Assembly: GCF_006345805.1 (NCBI RefSeq)
Contig: NC_042997.1
Location: 112,282,001-112,346,000, forward strand
From: Octopus sinensis
Taxonomy: Eukaryota
Reading direction: 5' to 3'
Length of the DNA: 64,000 bases
In this document: positions 62,546 to 64,000 of the stretch, one piece after another
Position numbering within the stretch: position 1 is the stretch's first letter
Layout of the letters: every line of letters begins with the position of its first letter
Position numbers and translations under genes: made by a program
Notes under the pieces: generated by a model
Databases searched by the model: none
What the model saw: only the letters and a program-made list of their open reading frames with translations
Told to the model about the DNA's origin: nothing

Positions 62546-63274
62546 ATCTGTCTTAGTTGGCTGCATGTGAAGATGAAAATAGAGACATCAGGCGGTCCCC
62601 TCAACATTCTGCGATTACTGCCTAAAACTGCCTTCAGGTAGGGCCTAAAGAGAAAGTCCTATAAAATGGAATCACACAATGGCTTGATGCTGATTGGTTG
62701 CTTAATCATGTGGAACTACTGTGGTTTGATTGTGATATCTGCTTGGCTGCCTCGGTTTTGAATCTGTTACACTTCAAGAATTATTGGTGGTTAAAAGAGT
62801 TGAAATAGTGGGAGAATGAAATCCTCATATGGGCAGACACCACCTTTTTGGAGTGGAGTCTGAGTAAAGAGTGTTGCCTGGACAGTAGAGATGGACTATT
62901 AATAGGGATTAAGAGATTTGTATGAACTAAATATTATCTTTTTTTAGGAACTAAGTATTATATTTATGATAAAAGCAATGTTTGCATAGTAAATGATTTA
63001 GCATTTGAAACATGTGTAGACACATGACGCTAGGTTTAGGCTTTATGATGGTTTTGCTTCCCTGTACATGAAAGACAGAATGATGGGGAAGAAAATATTC
63101 CAATATTTAATGATAATGATAAACTTTTCATTTGGTCAGAAAACTCTTAGAGGATTTCAGATATTCAGTATGAAATAAAATTAAATGTTTGTAGACTAAA
63201 ATAGAGTATTATTGATTAGTGTTAGATGTTCAACTGAAGACTTTGGTAATTAATCATGATATATAATGTCATTA

Positions 63275-63415
63275 TTATCATAATTGAATGTCCATTGTCC
63301 ATGCCGGTGTGAGTTGGATGGTTCAGGAAGAACCAGTGAACCAGAGGATAGCATCCAGCTCCCATGTCTCCTTTGGCATTGTTTCTACAGCTGGATGCCC
63401 TTCCTAACACCATAC
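63275..63415 (-). mobile_element. RTE LINE 3' end, diverged
   Basis: TTTCTACAGCTGGATGCCCTTCCTAACACCA. Confidence 0.7.
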
Positions 63416-64000
63416 CGCATGGCACTAGTGGGGTCACCAAGTAACTGGCAACACACGACCCCACCTCAACTGAATAGGGGTGTAGTATTGAGGGAGATGG
63501 CTTTGTGCCAGGTGTTGAGAGGTGAAAGGATGATAAAGGGACAAGGACAAGTGTCTTGGTGTAGAGGAGATATAAGTATCCTCTCCCCCACCCCAATAAC
63601 ATTACAAAATAAAACAAAAGCAAATATATGTGTGTGTATGTTTCATATAGCTATTATGACTATTATCATGTTATTGTTTCAATGTCAATGTGTTTGCTGA
63701 TCAAATTAGTCACCAAACTAACAATACAAAAGCAATTTCTAATTGTCTTCTTCATCATCTATTTCTCTCTTCGTATGTGCTTAGACAAGTTTCTCTTTTA
63801 TGTATTTAGACAAGGTGCATGAATGTCACAACTTCTCAGTAAGAAACTAGCTTAATAATTTTAAAAATATACAAGAAATCATTTGATAATCTATTTTCCC
63901 CTGGTTTATTTAGGTTCACTGAATAATATTTATAAGATGTGGCCATAGATATTGACCTTACTTTGTTAAGAAGCTTGCTTCTTAACGAAATGGTTTCAGG

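Overview
AT-rich, microsatellite-laden eukaryotic DNA. The repeat families suggest an octopus (coleoid cephalopod) genome; this is inferred from recalled repeat consensus sequences, not from a search. Almost all ORFs in the track are spurious microsatellite or repeat read-throughs. The host content I can support is one + strand gene. It has a CpG-enriched promoter region, an ATG exon at 8965-9075 and a phase-compatible exon at 60044-60137, implying an intron of about 51 kb; I do not recognise the product. The remainder is transposon-derived: RTE-clade LINE fragments and many 3' ends, at least four tRNA-derived SINE types, hAT, pogo and piggyBac-type MITEs, and heavily decayed Gypsy, piggyBac and possibly Penelope coding remnants. 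There is a 100-N gap at 4467-4566. The most notable signal is a set of unrelated short fold-back elements (35.3, 37.3, 53.6 kb) with outward-facing minimal hammerhead-ribozyme cores of the Penelope pLTR type. One of them carries a tRNA/Pol III head, which makes it a candidate SINE mobilised by Penelope-like elements. A core-less miniature of that family at 21.4 kb keeps a TSD and a one-sided tail. Repeat coordinates were read by eye and are approximate unless TSDs or TIRs are quoted.
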